From Neoechinorhynchus agilis (lineage: Eukaryota; Animalia; Acanthocephala), in contig CM121341.1 of NCBI GenBank assembly GCA_051530055.1, forward strand, positions 2,656,151 to 2,720,150: a stretch of 64,000 nucleotides of DNA, given 5' to 3'. This document shows, piece by piece, positions 11,377 to 21,823 of this stretch. The notes beneath the pieces were generated by a model. The model was not told where the DNA came from. It made no database searches and was given only the letters and a program-made list of their open reading frames with translations. The translations under genes were made by a program, and so were the position numbers. Within the stretch, counting starts at the first letter, position 1. Each line of letters opens with the position of its first letter.

Positions 11377-11475
11377 TGTCATGCTTTGGTTTCCTGACAT
11401 GAATATATGTTTATTTTTAATATATATCGCGCACGTACAACACATCAAAACACATAACGTTATATAATCGATATG
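11377..11475 (-). repeat. Gypsy 5' LTR, outer ~31 bp missing
   Basis: Matches 7123-7221, then switches abruptly to CRE-derived flank (tgtggcagatccgctag). Confidence 0.88.
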
Positions 11476-12572
11476 TGGCAGATCCGCTAGTTCGAATCTC
11501 ATCTTCACAATCGCAAGCAAAACATTCACTGCCGGACAACCTCCTCAATCAGCCTATCCCTCACCAGAGGCTTGCAAACGCCGAATTTGAGCGGAATTCT
11601 ATAGAAAGGTCAAACATGAAATCAAAAACGGAGAATCACGATTAATGTCTTGCTGCCATTTGCAGTCAAATGCCTAAATAGTTGACCGAGATTGCATCCT
11701 TGGTTGCTGGTAGTGAAATGGCTGAGACGGTCAATGAATATTTTACATTGGTTCAATTTATAGTAACAAAAAATTGAAGGAATGTTAAGCTTTGATTCGT
11801 CCTTCGCAGAAGTTGTATGTGGAAAGAAAACTAACTAAATTTTATTGTTGTAAGAACTATTCTAAACAGCTAATAAATCTAAAATTGCGCGTGCCAAGGC
11901 ATCGCCGCTTTAGTTCGAATAAAATTTCCTCAGTGCAATGCCGAATGTATATTCGACACTAAATTGCTCCGGTATTTGAAAGGAAGATGCTCATTCGTGA
12001 TCTTGTTCAGAAATCTTCCAATATTAAGAGCAGTCTTTTGTGCATTTCCTTTACCATCCGTCAATATCTTTTCAATGCCGTTGAATGATTTCGTTTCCGA
12101 AGAGCCGATCGTGGAGTTGGTGGACTGTCCGGAGGCAAGAAGCGTTTTCTTTTTATCAACAATTTCGATTGTCTCCGTTGCGCCAGGCATAGCTCTATCA
12201 ATTGTTGGTTTTGTGGCGTTGCTTTCTTTTTCAACGACATCAATTTGAGAATTGAGTTCGGTTGATTCTATTGCTGCCATTTCGCTTGCAGATTCGGGCT
12301 TGACATCCTCTTTAGCGTCCACAGCGACGGCATCGGTTTTTCCTTTGGTTTGAGCTGGGGTGGTGGTATCGATTCGTTGAATCTCTTTTTCAATAACGAT
12401 GTCTCCATCCACCTTTTCAGTACTGGTGGTTGGATTCAAGGCGTAGCATCGGTTTTTGGCCGAAAAAGTGGCAAAGCTGCAGATCAGTACTACTACGCTG
12501 ATAAAGTTCATCGGAGTAAAGGTTGAAAGGATCCCCAAAAGTGGATATACAACTCGAACTTACCTACTTTAC
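11474..12572. repeat. 1.1-kb direct segmental duplication, copy 1 (copy 2 at 16899-17997)
   Basis: Colinear, roughly 98% identical, offset 5425 bp. Confidence 0.95.
11930..12511 (-). CDS. 193-aa secreted T/E/K-rich protein, copy 1
   Basis: Likely start MNFISVVVLICSFATFSAKNRCYA (signal peptide-like). Intronless open frame preserved in both duplicates; no family recognised. Confidence 0.7.
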   Translation of the reverse strand: MNFISVVVLICSFATFSAKNRCYALNPTTSTEKVDGDIVIEKEIQRIDTTTPAQTKGKTDAVAVDAKEDVKPESASEMAAIESTELNSQIDVVEKESNATKPTIDRAMPGATETIEIVDKKKTLLASGQSTNSTIGSSETKSFNGIEKILTDGKGNAQKTALNIGRFLNKITNEHLPFKYRSNLVSNIHSALH

Positions 12573-13099
12573 GAGATGCGCAAGCGATTTCGAAATGTTA
12601 CTAAACACTTGAACCTTGTTGACGTTTTCAACGGAATTGTTCGAAAGGTATACTTCGCTTTTACTGCTTATCATCGCTGAATTTAGAATATCGTTTTCGT
12701 TTGCAGATTGACGCAGTTCATAACGTTGATTTCGTTTTCAAATCTACTATCAAATTCACGGATCCCTTGTTCAGCAGCGTAGCAGAGCTGCGGTTAGCTT
12801 AAGATGATATCGCTTTCATAATTTGGTTCTCGATTTTTGGGAAATAAACATTTTTTGGAGAAGAGATTTCTCTACTTGATAAAATGAATGAGGTTGACTG
12901 AGTAGATTTACAGAGAACAAGTCATATATTTTTACTTCTGGGATAAAATCAAAGTGATAATGTATTTTCGGAACGTCTTTTGCGATGATATCGCATTTTT
13001 TGTACCTCAGAAGCAATCCCAGTGAGACACGTTGTTCACGAACGAGCTTTATGTTTTTGCCAAGAGCATTGATTAGTCCTTTGAGTTACAACTAAAGGC

Positions 13100-13400
13100 T
13101 GCTGCTTAGCTCATTGATAGTCAATTTGAACAGTAAAGGACCGAGTGGATCACCCTGCTGAACACACCGCCAAAAGAGATGTGATTTTGCAGGCAATCTT
13201 GGAAGCTAATCGGCATAACGTACAACCAATTACAATGTTCCTCATCTTACCGTCCTTTTTGCTAAACGCAATCAATATCCCTCTGCGAACGAGAAGTATT
13301 ATCGAAGGCCCGAGTTTACCGTAAATCAAAGTGCGAGTGAGTAGACGCGCTGAATTTATCAAGCGACCATCGGAAAACCTTTTTGCCTATTTTAATCTTT
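13100..13400 (-). mobile_element. CRE-clade RT fragment
   Basis: LIAFSKKDGKMRNIVIGCTLCRLASK, followed in another frame by DPLGPLLF. Confidence 0.6.
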
Positions 13401-13628
13401 GCACACTCTTCAAAACGAGCTGACAACATGTAACGAGCCAAGAAGTCGATATTTTTACTGCTAACCACCACAACCTAGCGAAATCCTGCAGGCCTATTGT
13501 ACTGCACTTGGAGAGTTGCTATCGCTTGGGCTCGATGGTAATGAAAACCACATCATGGAGAATAACGTTGACATCGTTAGCATACTCAGCGCAGATAGCA
13601 GCAATAACATTATCTGAACCAGTAAGGC

Positions 13629-13961
13629 TGAATGATAATTATTTACGTGTTTCGAGACGGACACCGTGTTTTTATTGTGACCCTTTGTGGCCATTGGGGT
13701 GCCGTTACAGATGCACATAGTCAAAAAAGTTGAGGAGCCGGTTACTCTTCGATTTTTTAGGGCGTTAAGGATGTTTTAGGGTGTTAGTTAAAAGCGATGG
13801 TTTATGCTGTGAATATTAGGTTTTTATTGAGGTTGAGGGGCAGTGGAAATTTGCGATGTTTTATTTTATCTTTCTTAAATCGCATACACACAGGGCCTTA
13901 CGGCTAGAGTTTTTCGTTCCTTGGCAGCCTCTTGGCTAATTCACACACTTCGAAGGCGCTC
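13629..13961 (+). repeat. Inverted copy of 2457-2790 (~335 bp)
   Basis: Reverse complement is near-identical; only one mismatch was noticed (gtagggccc vs gtaaggccc). Confidence 0.93.
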
Positions 13962-14029
13962 AGGACCTTTTGCTCAATCTTATTTACTGGAGGTGAATTG
14001 CTTTCACTTTTCCTATCCTCCACAGTAAT

Positions 14030-14460
14030 TTTTGATCATTAAGTGCTACAGGCTGAATAATCTTTAACAGTGGTACCAAGTCCTTAATAATTGTGCAAGC
14101 ATTTGCGATCTTTTGAACACCACTCATTTCGAACGAATCATAATTTGAGTATTCAATACTGATGGCACCTTACAAAACCGTATTCCACTTTATAACCGCT
14201 GAACTGGACGATTTCTGTAAATCTTTAGCTTGTCTCTTAGAATTCCAGTTTGGAACCATTGTAAGCCTCTTCGAGCAGTTTGATTTTTTTCTTTGCACTT
14301 TTTGACTTCGACCAACTGTTCGCCCCTAAGAGATTCCTATTCAAACTGGATAACGTCCGTTAATAAATCCTTAACTACGCTCATTGCTTTTACTAATGGA
14401 CCCTTTAGATTATTAGCAACTCGTTCAAAGCACTTCTTTAGTACAACATCGATCGCCAAA
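14030..14460 (-). pseudogene. Disrupted paralog of 1450-1870
   Basis: Minus-strand peptides IDVVLKKCFERVANNLKGPLVKAMSVVKDLLTD and IIKDLVPLL align with the 1450-1870 copy. Confidence 0.4.
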
Positions 14461-14716
14461 ATGTTGAAATGTATTACTATTTCAGTGAATATTCCTTAAA
14501 ATAACATTATTATCTAAAATGTTTCTTCTCGTATCTTCTATTTTTGGACAGAGTCAAAAAACTTTGAATTGAAAAGACACATAGCGATGAAATCAATGAA
14601 TAAAGATGAAAGAGTGAACTAAAGATTTTAAAAACGAATCTTTACACTCGTTACCCTTCTCTCGATGGATAATTAAAGACAACTATTCATTACCAAAATA
14701 GACGAATGATCAGTGA

Positions 14717-15559
14717 TCACTTTTTTGAACCTTCGATCTTCTTATGCCCTTCGTCTTCTTTAAGCTGAGCGACATAAGGAGCCTCAAGGACGAGTTTTCC
14801 TCCACTGAAATGCGATGTGAGATGTTCAACATCCGTTCCTGGTGGAAGAGTGACTTGCTTGTAATAGTAAGATCTCGAGAATCCTTGTTTTCCATCCTCT
14901 GACTGTTGTGTAGAATGTTCAGCTTTCACGACCAACTCATTATCTTTAAGAGACACCTGCACGTCATTTGGTTTAAACGAACTCACGTCAACGTTCATTT
15001 CAATCTTCTTTTTCCCGTCTGGAGTATCCACGACTTTTGGGAAGAAATTGCTGTTAAAGAATTCGTCAAAATCAAAGAGGCCAACTTGTCCATGGCCGCC
15101 GGACGGTTTTACGTCGCGCTCTTCCATTTTCAGAGGAATCTCCACAACAAGAACGCCTCCACCGGTCACGAAACTCGTCATCTGATCGGCGATTGCATTC
15201 TTTGGAACCTCAAAGGACTTTTGGAACTCACGGGAATCGAAATCTCCAGTTTTATTGCATTTATCATGCCTTCGAGCACTGATAACCAATCGCCCGTTTA
15301 TGATTTCCGTCTTCAAATCCTTTTTATCGAATCCCTGGACATTCAGAGTAACTCGAAACTTCTCTGGTCTTGGACGTCTTCGTCCGTGGACATCGAGGAG
15401 AGTTGGAGGCTCATTAATCCAAAAGAGGCTCGGACGCACTGATGGACGAAGGGAAAGATCGTAGTCGTCAAATGGATCGAACAGGTCCAACGCGGGACCG
15501 AACAGATTGTCAAAGTCGAAGAAGTTGCGGCGGTAGCGCGAGATTGGAAATAGAGACAT
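14717..15559 (-). CDS. Small heat shock protein with two alpha-crystallin domains (280 aa, intronless)
   Basis: N-terminal LDLFDPFD motif. Domain 1: KFRVTLNVQGF...REFQKSFEVP...GVLVVEIP. Domain 2: MNVDVSSFKPNDVQVSLKDNELVVKAEH...YYKQVTLPPG...GKLVLEAP. Confidence 0.93.
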   Translation of the reverse strand: MSLFPISRYRRNFFDFDNLFGPALDLFDPFDDYDLSLRPSVRPSLFWINEPPTLLDVHGRRRPRPEKFRVTLNVQGFDKKDLKTEIINGRLVISARRHDKCNKTGDFDSREFQKSFEVPKNAIADQMTSFVTGGGVLVVEIPLKMEERDVKPSGGHGQVGLFDFDEFFNSNFFPKVVDTPDGKKKIEMNVDVSSFKPNDVQVSLKDNELVVKAEHSTQQSEDGKQGFSRSYYYKQVTLPPGTDVEHLTSHFSGGKLVLEAPYVAQLKEDEGHKKIEGSKK

Positions 15560-15597
15560 TCTGAAAGTTCGATGGAGAAATCTTTAGTGTTTGTCTC

Positions 15598-15716
15598 GTT
15601 TTATACTAAAGCGTTAAATTCTAGTTTCTCTCTAGAAAGAGTCTAGACAAATTCTAGATGTTTCTCCGGCGCGTAAATTGTTTCCTAGAAAGCGTTTAGA
15701 AGGTCTCTAGAAAGCT
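15598..15716 (-). promoter_or_regulatory. sHSP promoter: TATA box and clustered heat-shock-element-like repeats
   Basis: Minus-strand gTATAAAA at ~15599-15606; several TTCTAGA/CTAGAA units, e.g. aTTCtaGAtgtTTCt, within 110 bp upstream. Confidence 0.6.
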
Positions 15717-16244
15717 ACGCGATGCGAAAATGGAAACCGTTTCTTTAGTAGTCTCTTAAAATGCTCACTGGTCGGAGATTAAAAGTCAGGTTTTTAGCGA
15801 TGCCGAATGTTTGGCTTCTCGTTTAAATCCTGGCAAATAATAAAACTGCAAATTTACACGACGAGAAAAGTTCCTATAGCGAATGCCTAACAGTATTTTT
15901 TTGGAACAGTTTCAACGATTAGACTTGTTCTAAGGTTCATTGAAGAAACTGAAAAAATTTCATAATGAGCAGCAGAATTAAACTTTACGTATTATTCAAA
16001 TCGTTTGATGGTTTTAAAATGTTGTGGTGATCAATAAAACCGTTTTCAACATCGTCGTAAAGTGCCCTTTTTACTGGGAATTTCTTGCATACCAAGGGAA
16101 TACTTGAGGCTCACCAATTTCACGCGGATGATCTGGTGGTAATCATCAAGGACGCTAATGATCTCGCAGCTAAATCAAAATTGTTGTCATTCTTAATTTT
16201 TCTGAACGAGTCGATTCCTCGTGTAGGACTGAGTCCGTGGACTA

Positions 16245-16477
16245 TTTACTGCTTCTCCGGGCTTGCTCCGATTTCGGTATCAACTTGTGGCAGATCCGCT
16301 AGTTCGAATCTAGGAGCTTTCGGACGTGCGGCGAGGAGTTTTGTTCTCGAACTGGGGCATCGACTGATCAACTCGACCAATGACAGGAGGGCTCGCTCGT
16401 TCCTAGTGCAGAACATATCCTTGGCTATCCAGCGAGGAAACGCAGCGAGTGTCTTGGGGACGGTGAAGGACAATTGA
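16245..16477 (+). mobile_element. CRE-clade C-terminal restriction-like endonuclease fragment
   Basis: LGAFGRAARSFVLELGHRL...FLVQNISLAIQRGNAASVLGT, the characteristic CRE C-terminus. Confidence 0.75.
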
Positions 16478-16898
16478 GAATAATATAAGTTAATAAATTT
16501 CTTCAGGAGCTACTGATTAAATCTGAGTCAGTGTTGGGGAAGTAAAGAATCCGAAAAATTCTCAGACGCTTCTAAGGTTTAAATATACCGCAAGCCTTTA
16601 ATAAGCTGACAATACCGGGCTATAGCTTATCTACCAATCTTATCACACATATTGAAAATCAAGGAGACTTTTGAAAATCGTCCTCACAAGTTAAAATGAT
16701 ATGAATGATTATACGTCTTTTGTTATTAGCTTCGCCCCTCAATCTGAAATGCCATACTGGACTCTTCGCTACATCATCTCCGAACTAATCGACCTTCTAA
16801 CCCACATCATAAACCACAGTTTTTTGATTTAACGAAAGCATTCGAGTCCGTGGACTATTTACTGCTTCTCCGGGCTTGCTCCGATTTCGGTATCAACT

Positions 16899-17997
16899 TG
16901 TGGCAGATCCGCTAGTTCGAATCTCATCTTCACAATCGCAAGCAAAACATTCACTGCCATGCAACCTCCTCAATCAGCCTATCCCTCACCAGAGGCTTGC
17001 AAACGCCGAATTTGAGCGGAATTCTATAGAAAGGTCAAACATGAAATCAAAAACGGAGAATCACGATTAATGTCTTGCTGCCATTTGCAGTCAAATGCCT
17101 AAATAGTTGACCGAGATTGCATCCTTGGTTGCTGGTAGTAAAATGGCTGAGACGGTCAATGAATATTTTACATTGGTTCAATTTATAGTAACAAAAAATT
17201 GAAGGAATGTTAAGCTTTGATTCGTCCTTCGCAGAAGTTGTATGTGGAAAGAAAACTAACTAAATTTTATTGTTGTAAGAACTATTCTAAACAGCTAATA
17301 AATCTAAAATTGCGCGTGCCAAGGCATCGTCGCTTTAGTTCGAATAAAATTTCCTCAGTGCAATGCCGAATGTATATTCGACACTAAATTGCTCCGGTAT
17401 TTGAAAGGAAGATGCTCATTCGTGATCTTGTTCAGAAATCTTCCAATATTAAGAGCAGTCTTTTGTGCATTTCCTTTACCATCCGTCAATATCTTTTCAC
17501 TGCCGTTGAATGATTTCGTTTCTGAAGAGTCGATCGTGGAGTTGGTGGACTGTCCGGAGGCAAGAAGCGTTTTCTTTTTATCAACAATTTCGATTGTCTC
17601 CGTTGCGCCAGGCATAGCTCTATCAATTGTTGGTTTTGTGGCGTTGCTTTCTTTTTCAACGACATCAATTTGAGAATTGAGTTCGGTTGATTCTATTGCT
17701 GCCATTTCGCTTGCAGATTCGGGCTTGACATCCTCTTTAGCGTCCACAGCGATGGCATCGGTTTTTCCTTTGGTTTGAGCTGGGGTGGTGGTATCGATTC
17801 GTTGAATCTCTTTTTCAATAACGATGTCTCCATCCACTTTTTCAGTACTGGTGATTGGATTCAAGGCGTAGCATCGATATTTGGCCGAAAAAGCTGCAAA
17901 GCTGCAGATCAGTACTACTACGCTGATAAAGTTCATCGGAGTAAAGGTTGAAAGGATACCCAAAAGTGGATATACAGCTCGAACTTACCTACTTTAC
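16899..17997. repeat. 1.1-kb direct segmental duplication, copy 2
   Basis: Matches 11474-12572. Confidence 0.95.
17355..17936 (-). CDS. 193-aa secreted T/E/K-rich protein, copy 2
   Basis: 10 nucleotide and 6 amino-acid differences from copy 1; frame intact. Confidence 0.7.
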   Translation of the reverse strand: MNFISVVVLICSFAAFSAKYRCYALNPITSTEKVDGDIVIEKEIQRIDTTTPAQTKGKTDAIAVDAKEDVKPESASEMAAIESTELNSQIDVVEKESNATKPTIDRAMPGATETIEIVDKKKTLLASGQSTNSTIDSSETKSFNGSEKILTDGKGNAQKTALNIGRFLNKITNEHLPFKYRSNLVSNIHSALH

Positions 17998-18755
17998 TAA
18001 TATCTCGAGTTAATCTATTTGTTCAAACTGTGGAATCGTCATGAGACATATAAACGATTGCGCCCGGCTACTCAGCGATATTTCAATTCTTATGTGCAAC
18101 ACCAAACTGACCCCTAACGAACATTATCTACTTGCACGGATCGAGAAATTTGAGGACGAATGTAGGCATTTGAAGCTGCTTCAAGGCGAAAATGGACACT
18201 TAAAAGCCACCAACAGAGAGCTTCAAGAACAATTGTTAAATGGCTTTAGTCAATCGAAATGATAGCGGGAATGCTAGTTGAAAACGTCCTACGGACAGAA
18301 TTAAAACGAGAAGTCCGAGATAATGATATTGACAAGGAAGTTTCAGAAAACTGCGCCCGTTGTGTTCAACAGGATGCTTGGAACGAATTATGGAGATGAT
18401 CGATAGAAGTGTAATAACAATTAAGCAAGTTACGAAGAGTCGTCTTAAAGCCAAGTTTGACCGACTCATAGAACGCTCAAACGTAGCTGAGGATTTTCAA
18501 AAACGTGACGCAAATATCGAAATTACAGTTGATAGCCACAGTCCAGTGCACGATAAATGCACCGAAATTCCCGCTGGAACTTTGACATCTGCCCAGAAGG
18601 ATGTCCTGTAGAGAGGACCGGCATTTGTTCCAAGACGTAAGTTCTCGGAACGAGAAACCTTTCAGCTTCAGATTGACGTTGCGAGGCCAGCCTGTCAACT
18701 ACGTTGGAAATCAAACAAGGAGAGATATGAACGATCGCTTCCTACTGCAACTGGG

Positions 18756-20816
18756 ATGAACTCTACTTCTGAAACTTCCCCTATTAAGAGATTTTCTTTT
18801 GAAGGCAAGTTCGTTGTTGCTCCTCGAGCAGATGACAATATTGAGAGGAATTTGGTGTGTTTTCGAGAGAAACTTGAATTTATATGCCAGACTCAAATAA
18901 GGAGAACATCTTCAAACAATCTTCCTGACGCTCAAATGCAGGCACTAAAGGACATCAAAAAGTCTACTCAAGAAAAGACGATGAGGGTGCCGGTCAGTGA
19001 CAAAGGTGGCGAATTGGTTGTCCTGACGAAGCATTATGAAGACGAAATGATGATGAAATTGATTTCCGATGAATCTCTATATAAACCCGAAATGGAGGAT
19101 GATTCCGATGAGAAACGATGCAGTTTGAACGAAGCTTTTCGCAGGATAGTCACGCGTAGGAACCTTACGAGAATGCACGCATTTACCCAAGGGCCCTTAG
19201 GTACCCCAGTTCTATATGCGATGGAAAAGACCCATAAGATGCCGGAGGTCTTATTGAGAGGAGACCAGCTCAAATGCAGACCAATTGTATCTACAATAAA
19301 TGGACCAGCATATAGGATATCCAAACTGCTAGCCAAGATGTTGGCTCCTTTGGTTGGAGATGGGCCAGCATACATTAAAAATACGCGCGGACTAACAGAC
19401 ACATTGGAATCGAGGCAAGATATCCTGCAACGATCTAAAGTGATGTCCTTCGATTTCCAAAGCTTATATACGAATGTCGACACTGAAGCCGCAATTGATA
19501 CATTGGCCAGGAAGTTGCGAGAACGTCGGACAAACCTGTCCGGAATGGAACCTTCTGATGTGTTGATGCTCACACGTCTGGTCCTACAATGCAACCTTTT
19601 TCGATTCCGAAATCAACTGTATCTTCAAGTCCGTGGTCTCTCGATGGGTAACAGTCTTGCGCCAGTCTTGGCTAATCTATTCCTCGATGGCTTAGAGGCG
19701 CAGCACATTTTTCCACATTTTTCGTCGAGTCAAATCTCTCTCCGATATGTGGATGATGTGCTGCTAACCTACCACGAGGATAGTGAGGTCGACACAATCG
19801 AAGAAAAGCTAAATTCAATGGATTTAGCAGGTCGCATCAAGGTTACTCGGGATAAACCAAGTGACTATCTACCGTTCCTGAACCTCTGTTTTATCGTGAA
19901 TGACCCAATAACAAGAACATGGTACAGGAAGCCATGCAAGAAGGATCTGGTCCTTCATCGTGAGTCTCACCATCCATGGATCATCAAGCAATCTATCTTC
20001 ACAGAAATGTGGAAAACAGCAAGGATATGTGCTTCGACGGATCATGGAAAACACGAGGCGGAGGAGCGGATAAAGCAACTGTTCGCTGGTAATGGGTATT
20101 CCAGCAAGGACATTACCAAGTTGACGGCTGGTGCGAGGAAAAAAGAGAAAAGATTCGATCGACGAAGTAGATTAGCAGAGGAAAGTCTACCAGTCCTAAA
20201 AGTGTCATTCGTCGATGAAGGATTCATGACCGAAGTCAAAAAAGCATTGCTGAAATGCAAGTTAAAAGCGCGAGTTGTCCACAGGGTAGGGCCATCACTC
20301 AGACAGATTTTGACGCAGACCGAGTACCACGAGGATCAAAATCGTTGTCCGAAGGCATGTCTGATGTGCCACCATTGCAGCCCTTCAAGGAACGAAGAAG
20401 GACGATTCCTCGGACCGTCTTGCCAATCAACATGCGTGGTATATAGGATGTTGTGCCGGCTATGCAAGGACGAAGGACGGACAACGTCCTACGTTGGCAA
20501 GACGGAAAGAACATTACGTTCACGTGTGACGGAACACGTGCGTAATGCGCGCAATCCGACAGCTCCGTCATACCGATCGACCCCATGGGCAACCCATTTC
20601 GCTACCTCTCACGTTGGTGCCAGCCCAGCCTTCGAGATTGAGGTGATGCACAAGGCATCCGATCCGGTGGATCTCTCGATTGCCGAAGCGCTATGCATTA
20701 ATCGTGAGAAAGTAGTGGGATTGAGTGGGGTTACGAGCAGCAAGGACGGACACAACGAGGCAGAGGGGATGCTCAATAAGAGGGATGAGCTGACGGACAG
20801 CGTTGCCCTCCTCTGA
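18756..20816 (+). CDS. PLE reverse transcriptase + GIY-YIG endonuclease (686 aa open frame)
   Basis: SDKGG; CRPIVS; SFDFQSLYTNV; GLSMGNSLAPVLANLF; RYVDD; PFL; WYRKP; nuclease VVYRMLCRLC...YVGKTERTLRSRVTEH. Confidence 0.93.
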   Translation: MNSTSETSPIKRFSFEGKFVVAPRADDNIERNLVCFREKLEFICQTQIRRTSSNNLPDAQMQALKDIKKSTQEKTMRVPVSDKGGELVVLTKHYEDEMMMKLISDESLYKPEMEDDSDEKRCSLNEAFRRIVTRRNLTRMHAFTQGPLGTPVLYAMEKTHKMPEVLLRGDQLKCRPIVSTINGPAYRISKLLAKMLAPLVGDGPAYIKNTRGLTDTLESRQDILQRSKVMSFDFQSLYTNVDTEAAIDTLARKLRERRTNLSGMEPSDVLMLTRLVLQCNLFRFRNQLYLQVRGLSMGNSLAPVLANLFLDGLEAQHIFPHFSSSQISLRYVDDVLLTYHEDSEVDTIEEKLNSMDLAGRIKVTRDKPSDYLPFLNLCFIVNDPITRTWYRKPCKKDLVLHRESHHPWIIKQSIFTEMWKTARICASTDHGKHEAEERIKQLFAGNGYSSKDITKLTAGARKKEKRFDRRSRLAEESLPVLKVSFVDEGFMTEVKKALLKCKLKARVVHRVGPSLRQILTQTEYHEDQNRCPKACLMCHHCSPSRNEEGRFLGPSCQSTCVVYRMLCRLCKDEGRTTSYVGKTERTLRSRVTEHVRNARNPTAPSYRSTPWATHFATSHVGASPAFEIEVMHKASDPVDLSIAEALCINREKVVGLSGVTSSKDGHNEAEGMLNKRDELTDSVALL

Positions 20817-20842
20817 TTCCCTTTTCAGATAACCGAAGAAAA

Positions 20843-20885
20843 AGCTTCCTGACGAAGACGCAAGGCGTCGAAAAATTGAAGCAAG
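20843..20885 (+). ncRNA. Hammerhead-like motif (CUGACGA variant) at the PLE 3' end
   Basis: gcttc-CTGACGA-a-GACGC aag GCGTC-GAAA-aa-tt-gaagc. Stems I and II pair; the stem III dinucleotide is not palindromic, so activity is doubtful. Confidence 0.65.
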
Positions 20886-21823
20886 AAATAAATAAAACAC
20901 CCATTTTCCGTTCGATAATAAATCTGGAAGAATGCAATCTATGTTTCAGTTTTTCAGAAGACAATGTTTGAAAAGCTGGGTGTCCCACGAAATATTACAA
21001 AATAAAACTGATTCTTGCTAGCATGACGTCGACGTTATTGATCGGACACACAAGTGTGTGTGGACGGGTGTGTGGTGTGTGCGTTGCTAAGCAACGGTTT
21101 TTTAGAATAAAAAACGTTAGTTATGTCTCAATCGGCCACAAACAGCTCAACAATTCTCGGAGTGTGAATCGCCACAAGAGGATTACTTTTCACCCTAATG
21201 TTATCATGAAGAATAATAACACGTATATTTGTTACTTAGCAGGAATTGGACTCACGTAGCTTTGGGTCCTAATTAACACTCGAGTTCAGAGTTATTCAAA
21301 GAATGTGGTTGTTGATTATTGAGTAAATTACAGGTTCGGTCGTGTGAGAATATCCGTTCGGAGAAAATCCGTTCGGGTGGGGATCGGTGGTTATTCTTCG
21401 CAGAACTAGTGAGGTTGGTCTTTTCTCCAGTTCATTTTGTGTCATGATATCCGAGAAGATTGGGCAGTATGAAAAAAGGAGCGTGGGTATAGGAAGGTGC
21501 GAGGTTGAGGAAGGATGAAAAGTATTGGGATTACGAGTGTTGTGCTGGGAATACAATGTGGTAAAAATTGTGGTGGTAGGGTTGAGAGGTGTTTTGATCG
21601 TTTGATGAAAATTTTAATAGGGCATTCGGTGAGGGGGAACCGGACCCGTCATTCACCATCATCCACTCCAATTTTCGGATCCGTCAACAACTCTAAAGTG
21701 ATAACGAGGACCCAGATGTACATATGTCCTCTTCTTAAACAAAATAAAACGTATTGTTGTAAATCAGCTATGAATATTTTAGAGGCTATTCTATGAAACG
21801 TTTCAAGGTGACTTATTAGTGAT

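Larger units (their letters stand above)
7123..11475 (-). mobile_element. Ty3/Gypsy LTR retrotransposon, nearly full length, frameshifted
   Basis: 3' LTR 7123-7252 (TGTAGTGA...CATGACA) is preceded by a polypurine tract AAGGGGAAGAAA. The 5' LTR 11377-11475 is truncated and followed by PBS TGGCGACGAGG. Domain order is gag, zinc knuckle, protease, RT, RNase H, integrase. Confidence 0.95.
18340..20885 (+). mobile_element. Penelope-like element, 5'-truncated/decayed, with a 3' hammerhead
   Basis: Stop-interrupted N-terminal region from ~18340, then a long RT + GIY-YIG ORF, then an HHR motif 30 bp after the stop. Confidence 0.9.

Noticed and set aside
12596-13090. Possible hAT transposase remnant (IREFDSRF-like peptide)
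   Set aside because: A single weak motif in a heavily interrupted frame; not enough to support a call.
14906-15442. 178-aa plus-strand ORF
   Set aside because: Antisense shadow of the sHSP gene, with no recognisable features.
16255-16320. tRNA-like GTTCGAATC with a CTAG/CTAG stem (also at 11489 and 16915)
   Set aside because: No D arm, anticodon arm or 7-bp acceptor stem; the sequence reads as part of the CRE endonuclease coding region.
11930-17936. Positive selection between the two secreted-protein copies
   Set aside because: Six amino-acid changes among 10 substitutions is too few, and not above neutral expectation.
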